Shown here piece after piece: positions 12,320 through 22,909 of a stretch of 64,000 nucleotides of DNA; the stretch's first letter is position 1, and every line of letters starts with the position of its first letter. The notes beneath the pieces were generated by a model, which was given only the letters and a program-made list of their open reading frames with translations, was not told the DNA's origin and ran no database searches. Where the stretch lies: positions 1,054,001-1,118,000 of the forward strand of contig OZ251225.1 of the NCBI GenBank assembly GCA_965240325.2, read 5' to 3'. The DNA comes from Rebecca billardiae RCC1528 (lineage: Eukaryota; Protista; Haptophyta). Both the position numbers and the translations under genes were made by a program.

Positions 12320-13682
12320 ATGGGGTCGCGCTTGAGTGCGCGCGCGTGCGCGACAGCAGCGGCGAAGCGCGCGTCAGGCCCGAGTGAGGGCGCCCGTTGC
12401 ACGGCCTGACCCTCACCCTGGAGCGCGCTGGCCGCCACGTGTCCTGCCTGCCTGCCAGATCTGATCCTGACCACGGTGTGCTACATGTGCGCGTCCGCGG
12501 GCATGTCCATCTTCAACAAGTTGGCCGTGAACCACTTCCCGGTGCCATTGACGCTCGTCTCGATTCAGATGCTCTTCACCGTTGTCGTCGTCCTATGCCA
12601 GCCCTCAAAGCTCACGTACGGCGGGCGCGAAGACATCACGCGCTGGTCGACGACGGTGCCGCCGCTCTTCGTGGGCATGCTCGCGACGTCGATGGTGGCC
12701 ATGCAGTACTCCACCCTCGGCACGATCGTCGTGTGCCGCAACATCGCGCCGATCCCGACGATGCTCGTCGAGAGCATGTTCCGCATCCCCTTCGTCATCT
12801 CCGGCCACACCATCCTCGCGCTCCTCACCATCATCGTGGGGGTGATTGTGTACGAGGCGAACGACATCAGCTTCTCAGCGCTCGGCGTGATCGCCATCAT
12901 CGTCAACATGATCTTCGCCATCCTCGAGCGGCTGAAACAGCGCGATCTCATGGCAAACCGACCGGTGCGCGCGCACGCGTGCCTTCGGGTGCCCTGCTCC
13001 CGCCACCGAGAGTGGCAGAGCGCGCACGGTGCACGCCGCCCCCTTGCTGACCATCCGCCCCGCTCCCGCGGTGCCAGGTGGAGCTCTCCAAGCGCATGAT
13101 GATGCTGCTGAACAACGGCCTCGGCATGCTCCCGTGCCTTCTACTCGCGATCACGTGGGGCGAGCACAGGTCATGGTCCGAGACATTCGGCTCCAACTCG
13201 ACGGTCGACATGAGCGGCAAGGTGTACCTGCTGATCTCGTGCGTCAACGGCCTCTTCATCTCCTACCTGGGGATCAGGCTGCAGCACATGGTGGCGGCGA
13301 CGACGTTCATGGTGATCACGAACGTGAACAAGTTCGCGGTGATCTTCTTCGGCATCGTCGGCCTCGGGGAATCGGTGCGCGCCCGCCGCGTCATGCCCTG
13401 CGCGCGCGGCACGCGCAGCGCGCCTGTGCGCTCAGGGCGTCCGCGACCTCCAACCCTGCCCCCGCGCGTGCCCGCTGGCAGCGAGGGTCGATGTCCCTGA
13501 TCGGCTGCACGCTCGCAATCACCGGTGGGTTCTACTACGCCGAGGCGCGCAAGCGTGCAGATGCGCTGCCGAAGCCGCCCCAGGAGCTCGACGAGGCGGA
13601 GCAGCCGCTGACAGGTCGCGTGCGTGACGTCGACGGCTCTGACGACGACGACGACGATGATGAGCCCGAGTTTGTGGACTAG
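12320..13682 (+). CDS. Nucleotide-sugar transporter (GDP-mannose/TPT family, SLC35); exons 12320-12335, 12459-12964, 13078-13374, 13482-13682
   Basis: About 10 TM helices. MSIFNK, FP..LV.IQ, VCRNIAP, LLNN and TTFMVITNVNK motifs. Three GT-AG introns keep the frame. Confidence 0.85.
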
Positions 13683-13858
13683 ACTGTCGACCGTAGTCAG
13701 TCCGGACTCTGGCGGCGGAGCTTGTGAGACTGTGCATGCCGGTCCCGCCTCCAGCTGTTGTCAGACTTAGCAGACTGGACTGTCAACTTGGTAGTGGAGA
13801 CAGCCCTTGCCGCCCTTCCGCTTGCTTATTGGCTCTTCTGTCAATGTCAAGCACTGTG

Positions 13859-13958
13859 ATCTCGCCTGCCTGAGCTGTGTGCGTCTCTTATTTTTAGTCA
13901 AGGGGCGTCAATCTCGCCTGCCTGAGCTGTGTGCGTCTCTTATTCTTAGTAAACTGTA
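13859..13958. mobile_element. Tc1/mariner-type terminal repeat with inner and outer direct repeat (solo end)
   Basis: atctcgcctgcctgagctgtgtgcgtctcttat occurs twice (13859, 13911) and ends ...tagtaaactg|ta. An identical end lies at 51530-51577. Confidence 0.6.
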
Positions 13959-14005
13959 GGAGTCCTTGACTCTGTACCCCCCGACTGCGTGCGAACGAAT
14001 CAACG

Positions 14006-14641
14006 ATGGCGGCGGCTGCTCATCCGTCTCGCTGGTCGTGTGCTCTGCTCTCGCTTCTGCTTGGTGGGTCCCAGGCCAGCCAAGTGCTGACGCGCCGTGC
14101 GGCTGTTCGCAGCGCGTTTGCCCCTGCGGCTGGGCTCGCTGGAGTCGCCGCTTTCCCGATCGCTGTGTACAGTGCCGATGGGCAAGTCGCGACGGCTGGG
14201 CGCAGCCTGTCGACGGCCGAGCTGAAGCGCAAGCTGCTCGAGGACATCAGCGAGAAGCGTTTCATGGTCACGGGCAACCTGTCGCCCGAGCTCTACGCGT
14301 CAGAGGCGAAGTTCACCGACGAGATCGACACGTACGACCTCAAGAGCTACGTCCGCGGCACTGGCCAGCTCTTCGACGGGAGCAAGTCCACGTTCAAACT
14401 CGTTGGTGATCTCGCGTTCGACGACAATGACCGCACCATCCGCTACCGCTTCGATGAGATCCTGTCATTCAAGATTCCTCTTGAGCCAAAGGTGCGCGTC
14501 AGTGGTGAGGTGGTGCTCAAGCGAGGTGACGACGGGCTCATCACCTCCTACCGCGAGTACTGGGATCAGAGCGTGCCCAGCACACTCGTCGATCTCTTCC
14601 TCGATGGCACGGGAATCAAGAAGGCGCCCGCGCTGGCGTGA
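14006..14641 (+). CDS. DUF2358 / SnoaL-NTF2-like plastid-targeted protein (211 aa)
   Basis: Signal peptide plus LTRRAAVRS. FMVTGNL..LY..AKFTDEIDTY and ITSYREYWD are typical of this family. Confidence 0.75.
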   Translation: MAAAAHPSRWSCALLSLLLGGSQASQVLTRRAAVRSAFAPAAGLAGVAAFPIAVYSADGQVATAGRSLSTAELKRKLLEDISEKRFMVTGNLSPELYASEAKFTDEIDTYDLKSYVRGTGQLFDGSKSTFKLVGDLAFDDNDRTIRYRFDEILSFKIPLEPKVRVSGEVVLKRGDDGLITSYREYWDQSVPSTLVDLFLDGTGIKKAPALA

Positions 14642-14899
14642 GCGGGAGCTTTGATGGCGCCCACTGGATAGGTACGATGCGGCGTAATCAACAAGGCAGA
14701 TTATGGCGCTATACGGCGCGGCTAGATCAGATCATCACTTACTCAGGTCACACAGTCCGACGTGCCTGTGCCCGTGCCCGTGGCTGCCCGGCCTCAGGCT
14801 CAGTCCGAGACTCCGAGTCAGTGGCATCGGATAGTCAATATGCGCCAGATGACTACTGCGTACCGCGTACGTGACGACGCGATGATGATGACGATATAA

Positions 14900-16024
14900 T
14901 GACCGCGTTTCGCGGTCCTTTTCCGTAGAACGAACGTAGTTCGGGGCCCGCGGCCGCGGTGGCGGTGCACCCTCCGTCGCAGTCGTCTATTGACAGACCA
15001 GTTGCATGCCCGTACAACTAGACTCCAGCGGCGCGCCGCTGCGCCCCGGTGCCGGCGCCGGGCGCGGGCCCATCGCAGCCGCCGGCGCCGGCGCCCGGAT
15101 TGTGTGCAGGCGGATGCGACGAGGCGTGATCGACGCATGAGCGCGACTCCACGTGCACGCCAGGCCACGTGAAGCTGACAGCCAGGGAACACGGTGCGGG
15201 GCCGCGGATTCGTTCGGGCCGCTGCTGCTGACCGCGCTGTCTGTCGTCACCGCGCGCCGCCGGGCAGCGCCAGGAGTAGATGATTTGCACTGGTCCGAGT
15301 AGGGTTCGACCAGCGCCTGCGCGACGGCCGACAGGCGGGCGCGAGGCGTGATCGACGCATGAGCGCAACTCTATCTACGTGCACGCCAGGCCACGCGGAG
15401 CAGACAGCCAGAGGGAGCACTGTGTGTGCCGAGGTGCGAGGGCACCGGTGATTGTTATTCACTCCGCACGCCGCGGTTGCACTGTGACACGGGGTCACGG
15501 GGTGACACACCTCGGTCAGGCTCGGCACGCGTCGCAGAGGCACGGCCAGCTCTGGGGACGTCGCGCACCACCGTCGTCCGCGCCGCAGCTCGTCCTCCTA
15601 GGTCCGCCCGTCCAGCGCTGCAGACAGACTTGCCGGCGCGGGCCGAGAGTGCCGGCACGGAACAGATCGATGGATTCGGGTTGGCGCGCCTGCTCTGAAG
15701 AAGAGTTCTGGGAGACCCTGGCGGAGAGGCATGACAAGGGGGGCGTGTGGTGAAGTCGGAGACTCAGAGATCGATCAGTCCGGCATCAGTCAGGCGCCGC
15801 TGCCCCCGAGCTTGCGAGAGCCCGAACAAAGGGCGGCGGCTGCTGGCGCCGGCTCGGACGCGCGGCCCCGGCCCCGCAGGCATCGATCGACAGGGCGGCA
15901 GGGCCTCCGCAGGGGCGCGCGGAGTGACTAGTGAGCGGGGCACGAACACGATGTCGACGGCCGTCGGGACCCGCCGCAGACGCGCGCTCCAGGCGCCACT
16001 GGCCGCGCGCACCTGCCCATCGCC
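14900..16024 (-). mobile_element. Repeat arm A (inverted partner of 20519-21613); 5'-truncated non-autonomous element copy
   Basis: Reverse complement aligns with 20519-21613, with many substitutions and indels. Terminal hairpin gaccgcg-ttt-cgcggtc. Internal ~80-bp direct repeat at 15120 and 15342. Confidence 0.85.
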
Positions 16025-16352
16025 CGCCCCTGCTTGGAGGCGAGAGTCGCGCGGCGCCCTCGCCACCTCCGCCAACGGGCTCAAACCTGCTGCCTTGCGA
16101 CGACGGCAAGTTTTGAGGCTCGCCAGCTGGTGCGTCGATCAGTGACTATGAAATGGGCTGGCGACGAATAGCTGCGGGTATTTTTCAATGTCTCGCTATA
16201 TTGGAGTTGGTGAGAGTCGTTCTTGCGGCGGCGAGGCCCATATTTATTTACTATGGTCACACATGAACGACTGAGTCCACCCGTAATCAGTTACTCACCC
16301 TCGCACACTTGGGCGTGGGTTTCGTTGATTCCTCTGTTCACTATTCAAGACG

Positions 16353-17212
16353 GAGGCCACTCCACCGAAATCGTGCCCGTCCCGGGCTAGCCGCTCCACT
16401 GGCGTCCCGGGCTAGGCCCGGGACGCTCCGAGCGCGTCCCGGGCTAGCTGGCGCAGCGGGAGATAGTATTGAGCTCATAGGCGATGCCGCCGCGCCGCGT
16501 GCGCGCCCTCCGTCTCGCGCTGGCTGCGGCCGGGAGCGCGCGCGGCAAGCCGGCGCGTGCGGTCGGGCACCGGCGCTGAGGTATAGTGTGCCCATCCGCG
16601 CCCTCGGCTTGTGTCTGCGCGCCCTCCTCCGCCGCTGCGGGGCGCGCGTGTGGTCGCGCTGCCTCGCTCCCTGGGCGCACCGAAAGCGCGAGCGCGCAAC
16701 GGGTCACATGTGGCGTGTCGGACCCAACGCGTGCTCGCCTGGCGTGGGCTTTGGGTTCGTCATGGCCCTGGTCACGCGCGACGCCGGCCGTGCCCAGCCT
16801 TCTGACCGCGCGCAGCGCGCGTAGCACTGGCAGTCCCAGCTGCAGTCGAGCTGACCCGTCGGGGCTCGGCGGCACCCAGCCACTGGTAGGCGGCCGTGAT
16901 CAGTCCACGCGTGAGTTAGACAGCGGCTACACATCAGGCAGGTCGCGCTCTGCCGCGTGCAGGGCGGTTGCACAGCCACAAGTGCCCCCGCGATCGCGGC
17001 GCGCTCAGGTACGAACCAGAGCGCCGCAGTATTTTGTTGCATGCGCGCCGCCGGCAGGTGGCGAGCTGGGCCGTGCTGGTCGGTGTGGCTGGCGGGCGCG
17101 CTCGCGTGCGTGGCATGAGCGAGCGCGCCGCCGCCCTCGCCTGCCGCCCACGTCGCGCGCCGCGCGGCTGCGCGGCCTACGTCGCTTCGGCGCTCGCGTG
17201 GCCGGCAGCTCC
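16353..17212 (+). repeat. Repeat arm B (near-identical inverted partner of 18793-19660)
   Basis: The same spurious ORFs appear on opposite strands (16586 + and 18681 -). Contains cgtcccgggctag three times. Confidence 0.92.
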
Positions 17213-18017
17213 CGATGGCAGCGTGGCCGGAAGGCGGCACCGGCGCCACTGCGCTTGGCTGGCAAATACGCTGCAGTATTCATACAGCATCTTGGCATAC
17301 GAAGCAGCTAGCTGCAAAGTAGGGCATGGTCACTGCCGTTGCCATGCCATCAAGCCGTGAGCGCGCAGCATCGGCATGAGTATCACCGCATGACGAGATG
17401 GATGCACAGCAGCACAGCTACTGTGTACTTTGGCTCTGGCTGGCGGTGACCGGGTGCGTGCCCAGAGCATGTCAGCTGAGACTGGAACAGCGCTGCATCG
17501 TGGTGTACCAGCCACCCGTCCCAGAAAGCCCGTGAGCCCGTCTTCGGCTCAGCGGGCTCAAAACATTCCATGGAATGTTTTGAGCTCAGTGATTATGAAA
17601 TGGGCTGGTAACGAATAGCTGCGGGTATTTTCAAATACCAGGAGCCTTGATGTAGGGGGCTGGGACGGGTGGGTTCGGAGGCCACCGTAGATGAGCGGAA
17701 GTTGGCTCACACCGGGTGACGGGCCTGTCACGCACAGCCCCAGGCCCTGCCCATCAGCGCGCGCATACTGTAGCCGTGGCTCGGCCTTGTCATTGGCTAG
17801 CGTATCGTACTTGGCAGCAGCCGAGCACCTCCGTGCACTGAGCTGCGTGTTGCGCCGTGATTTGTGGATGATGCGTGATGGCTTCGTCGCACCACGCGTG
17901 TACCCTCGCACGGACCCGCCAGATGGGTGCTGCTCCGGCAGCCCCAGCCCGTGACAAGTCGGCACGAATATGTGCGAATTCGAGGCCTCATCAGGGACTG
18001 CTGTATATTCAGTCAGG

Positions 18018-18151
18018 GGCACTTGGTGTATCGGTCAGTGGTTCGAGGTTGGGTGAGGGTGGTGGTTGGTTGGGGGCTGGCCAGGGTAGGGCTGGAGGCT
18101 TCGGCCGCCAGTCTGATCACCCGGAGCCCGTTATAAAGGGGAATTTAAAAA
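18018..18151 (+). mobile_element. ~135-nt A-tailed retroposon (SINE-like or LINE 3' tail), copy 1
   Basis: Matches 61043-61181 (+) and 51755-51895 (-). Ends ataaaggggaatttaaaaa. Confidence 0.75.
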
Positions 18152-18792
18152 CTCGCTTGACGCTCCTAAGTAAAGCGCTTTCATCCGGGCTCTTCATCAT
18201 TGCCTCCGTCGATTCAACGGACGCCGTGGGCGTGGCAGGTGCCAACGTCACAACTGACGCCACCTTAAGCACCATCCCACTTCGCTTAGGGCGTGTGCCT
18301 ATGCGACAGCATCCAGTCGTCTTATGCGTGCGCACGCAGCCGCTCGCAAGCCGAGGCGGTGCCGCTCACTGAGCGTGTGCAGCGTTCGAGCTGCGCACCT
18401 CGCATGTGGCCGACTCTGGCGCAAGTGCAGGCTGCCGTACGCCACTGGGTCTCCGCAACACGGGCAAGAGGGGCGACGCAACATCTCGGTGCGTGCGCAT
18501 ACCTTCTGCTCACGTATCCTGTGATTTGTGACCAGCCATGGGCATTGTCCATCTACCGAGCCCGCAGGGTGAGGTTTGCCGCGGACGACAGTCAGCCTGC
18601 TGAGCTGTTATTGTACCACCCCAGAATCCGTGAGCACTGCCGGACATCAAGATACGAGGAGACACGTGGCATGCGGGCACTCATAGACGCAAGACCGCCG
18701 GCATCAACCTCTTCACCCGCCGCCCCGCTCGCGAACTAGTAAGGACCAGTTCTTCAGCTGGCCCACGGCAGCCACTGTGTCCGATGTCCACT

Positions 18793-19851
18793 GGAGCTGC
18801 CGGCCGCGCGAGCGCCAAAGCGACGTAGGCCGCGCGGCCGCGCAGCCGCGCGGCGCGCGACGTGGGCGGCAGGCGAGGGCGGCGGCGCGCTCGCTCATGC
18901 CACGCACGCGAGCGCGCCCGCCAGCCACACCGACCAGCACGGCCCAGCTCGCCACCTGCCGGCGGCGCGCATGCAACAAAATACTGCGGCGCTCTGGTTC
19001 GTACCTGAGCGCGCCGCGATCGCGGGGGCACTTGTGGCTGTGCAACCGCCCTGCACGCGGCAGAGCGCGACCTGCCTGATGTGTAGCCGCTGTCTAACTC
19101 ACGCGTGGACTGATCACGGCCGCCTACCAGTGGCTGGGTGCCGCCGAGCCCCGACGGGTCAGCTCGACTGCAGCTGGGACTGCCAGTGCTACGCGCGCTG
19201 CGCGCGGTCAGAAGGCTGGGCACGGCCGGCGTCGCGCGTGACCAGGGCCATGACGAACCCAAAGCCCACGCCAGGCGAGCACGCGTTGGGTCCGACACGC
19301 CACACGTGACCCGTTGCGCGCTCGCGCTTTCGGTGCGCCCAGGGAGCGAGGCAGCGCGACCACACGCGCGCCCCGCAGCGGCGGAGGAGGGCGCGCAGAC
19401 ACAAGCCGAGGGCGCGGATGGGCACACTATACCTCAGCGCCGGTGCCCGACCGCACGCGCCGGCTTGCCGCGCGCGCTCCCGGCCGCAGCCAGCGCGAGA
19501 CGGAGGGCGCGCACGCGGCGCGGCGGCATCGCCTATGAGCTCAATACTATCTCCCGCTGCGCCAGCTAGCCCGGGACGCGCTCGGAGCGTCCCGGGCCTA
19601 GCCCGGGACGCCAGTGGAGCGGCTAGCCCGGGACGGGCACGATTTCGGTGGAGTGGCCTCAGACGGCGGACGCGCCCTTTTTCGACGAGGATGCACCTGT
19701 AAGGGAGTCTCAAAATTCGAAACTCGGTCTCCTCCAGCCCTGAAAATCGTCCCCCGTCCCTTTTTTCTTTGATCAAAGATCTTTTTGAAACGTGGTTCGG
19801 GCCCGCTGGTGCGGGCTCCACGCTGCGCGCTCCGCCCTGCACCGCGGGCCA
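18793..19851 (-). mobile_element. Non-autonomous element copy (terminus D plus arm B') starting TA|TGGCCCGCGG
   Basis: Terminal ~150-180 bp is an inverted copy of 19931-20110 and is continuous with arm B'. Confidence 0.7.
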
Positions 19852-19930
19852 TAATCATCGCGCGTGTCATCATCATCAGCAATCATCGTCTAATAATAAA
19901 TTATATATATACTATATATATAGTATATTA

Positions 19931-21613
19931 TGGCCCGCGGTGCAGGGCGGAGCGCGCAGCGTGGAGCCCGCACCAGCGGGCCCGAACAACGTTTCAAAAA
20001 GATCTTTGATCAAGAAAAAAGGGACGGGGGACGATTTTCATGGCTGGAGGAGACCGAGTTTCGAATTTTGAGACCCTCTCTAACATGCATCACGGCCGAA
20101 AAAGGTCGCGCCCACGGCAAGTTCATAGTAAAGCGTGGAGTGACGCCCGTCCAAAAAACTTCACGCCCTTTAGGATCCCTAACGTAACGAACCGTTACAA
20201 GCGATTTTTCCGGCCAATGAGATTGCAGCAAGGTCCAAGGAGCGATGACGTATCTAGATGGAGATTGCCGCGAACCGATGTGACCATGTACGTCCCTTGA
20301 ATCAGTTGAATCAACTATTCAATCGCGCCGTGTCTGTATCAGGAGCCGACGAGGCAAGGGTCAGTAGCCGATGGGCCAACCTCGGCGAATCTCAATACTA
20401 TCTGACACGAGTGGAGCCGGCTGCCCAGCAAAGCCAAACCTTGGTTGCCGCGGCTGCGGCGAGACTCACTGGCTCCGCGAGAGGGGGCGAGCCGCACGAG
20501 CGACCGACGGGTGAGGACGGCGATGGGCACGTGCGCGCGGCGAGTTGCGCCTGGAGCGCGCGGCTGCGGCGGGTCCCGACTGCCGTCGACATCGCGTTCG
20601 TGCCCCCGCTCACTCCGCGCGCCCCCGCCGCCCCGTGTCGATGCCTGCGCGCGGCCGCGCGCCGGTCGGCGCCGGATGCCTGCGCGCGGCCGCGCGCCGG
20701 TCGGCGCCGGGGCGCCCCGGCCGCGCCGCGGCAGCCGCCCTGTATTCGGGCTCTCGCAAGCTCGGGGGCAGCGGCGCCTGATGCCGGACTGATCGATCTC
20801 TGAGTCTTCGACTTCACCACGCGCCGCCCTTGCCATGCCTTTCCGGGGAGCGCCGGCGATCCGAGTCCATCGTCGACGGTCGACTCTGAGCGAGGGCTAC
20901 GCCTCGGAACTGAACGGTACTCTACGAGGAGGACGAGCTGCGCGGGCGACGGTGGTGCGTGACGTCCCCAGAGCTGGCTGTGCCTCTGCAACGCGTGCCG
21001 AGCCTGATCGAGGTGTGTCAGCCCGTGCACGCGCGGCGTGCGCGAACGATCCGTGACTGGTGCCCAATCGCACCTCCGACCTCGGCACCGTGCTCCCTCG
21101 GGCTGTCAGCTCCGCGTGGCCTGGCGTGCACGTCGAGTTGCGCTCATGCGTCGATCACGCCTCGCGCCCGCCTGTCGGCCGTCGCGCAGGCGCTGGTCGA
21201 ACCCTACTCGGACCAGTGCAAATCATCTAACTATCCTGGCGCTCGGCCGGTGCGCGGTGACCCGCGGCGGGACAGCGGTCAGTCAGCAGCAGCGGCCCGA
21301 ACGAATCCGCGGCCCCGCACCGTGCTCCCTGGCTGTCAGCTTCGCGTGGCCTGGCGTGCACGTGGAGTCGCGCTCATGCGTCGATCACGCCTCGTCGCAT
21401 CCGCCTGTACACAATCGGCGCCGCGCCGGCGGCTGCGAAGTGCGCCGATGGGCCCGCGCCCCGGGCGCGGCGGGCGGCGGCGCGCCGCTGGAGTCTAGTT
21501 GTACGGGCATGCAACTCCGGGTCTGTCAATAGACGACTGCGATGGAGGGTGCACCGCCACCGCGGGCCCTGAACTACGTTCGTTCTACGGAAAAGGACCG
21601 CGGAACGCGGTCA
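19931..21613 (+). mobile_element. Apparently complete 1.68-kb non-autonomous element TA|TGGCCCGCGG...GACCGCGGAACGCGGTCA|TA
   Basis: 5' end shared with the 19851 copy and 3' part shared with arm A. TG..CA ends flanked by TA, 3' hairpin, no credible ORF. Confidence 0.65.
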
Positions 21614-21898
21614 TATCGGCCGCTGCCGTTGCGGACGGCCGACGGGTCGTCGACCTTCCCGCGCCCGGCGGCGCGGACTTGGTGAAGGGCGCTGATGTCG
21701 CAGTAGTGATATCGATCGATCTGCTGATCGTCATCAGCGCAGCAGTCGTACAGCTAGTGTGTAGAGTGCGCGCCTGGCATGCATCGCTTGGCCGGCTTCG
21801 GGCTTGGCGGACGTCGTCGTCGGCTGGTGGAGCCTGGATGCTGCTGCCGCCGCCGCCACCGCCGTGCTGCTGCCGCCGCGGCCGCCGCGCCACTCAGC

Positions 21899-22868
21899 TC
21901 ACTCATCATAGTCGTAGTAGTAGCCGCCTGCCGAGCCCCGGCGCTGCTGAGACAGAGGTGGCAAGCGCTCAGAGGGCGGCGGAGCGCGCGCGGCGAGCGG
22001 CAGCGGCGCCTTGCGCGAGAGCATCTCTCGCGAGCGCTCGCTCTTCCGCTTGAGCTCGTGCCGCTTCGCCACCGCCGCCGCCGCGCTGCTCGTGACGTGC
22101 GCCGGCAGGAGCGAGTAGTTCACCAGCCCGGGCATGGGCGCGAGGTGGGGCAGCATAGCGCTCGCCTTGGTGCCGGCGCTGAGCGCGCTGCGCAGCACCG
22201 ACTCGGAGGTGCCTGGCCGCTGGTACGAGCGCCCTGAGCGCAGCCCGAGCGCCGGCCCCTCCACGCCTTGCTGCGAGGCCGCCCAGCGGCGCGCGAGCGC
22301 GTCCACCAGCCCGCGGTACTCCGCGCTCGCGCTGCGGTCCGCCGCGCGCACGGGCGACAGCTCGGCGCCGAGCTCCGCCTTGAACTCGTCGATGAGCTGC
22401 AGGTCTTGCACCGCCTCCTCATCGACAGGCTCCTCCTCCTCCGCCTCCGCCTCGGCCGCGGGCGCGGACGCCTCCTCGACGGACATGCTCTGCGGCAGCT
22501 CGTCCGCCGCGTAGATCTCGTCGAGGGGATGCAGCGCCTCCGCCGCCTCGGGCACCGCGTCGACGGGGTAGGGCTCCTCCAGCACCTCCTTGAGGCGCGC
22601 GAGCATCTTGGCGCGCTCCGCGTCGTGCTGCGCGTGCGTGAACTCGCCCGCGCGCGACTTCTTGAGCTGCTGATACTCGATGAGCGCGTCGAAGGCCTGC
22701 GGCGCGAGCGTCTCGAAGTCGATGCCCTCCTGCGCGCGCGCGCGCGTCGGGAGGGGCAGGGCACGCGCGCGTGAGGCCGGCGGGGCGCGCGAGAGCGTCG
22801 CCGTTGCGCGCGCGCGCGAGAGAGAGCGCACGGCCGCGCCAATCGCTCGCGGTGCGTGTGGCGCGCGC

Positions 22869-22909
<41 letters not shown>

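Noticed and set aside
16586-17311. 241/248-aa ORFs duplicated in arms B and B'
   Set aside because: Conserved only because the DNA is duplicated; there is no coding bias or domain.
18030-18050. tRNA gene or tRNA-derived SINE head (tcagtggttcgag)
   Set aside because: The A- and B-box-like words overlap, there is no cloverleaf, and the other two copies read ggtttgag.
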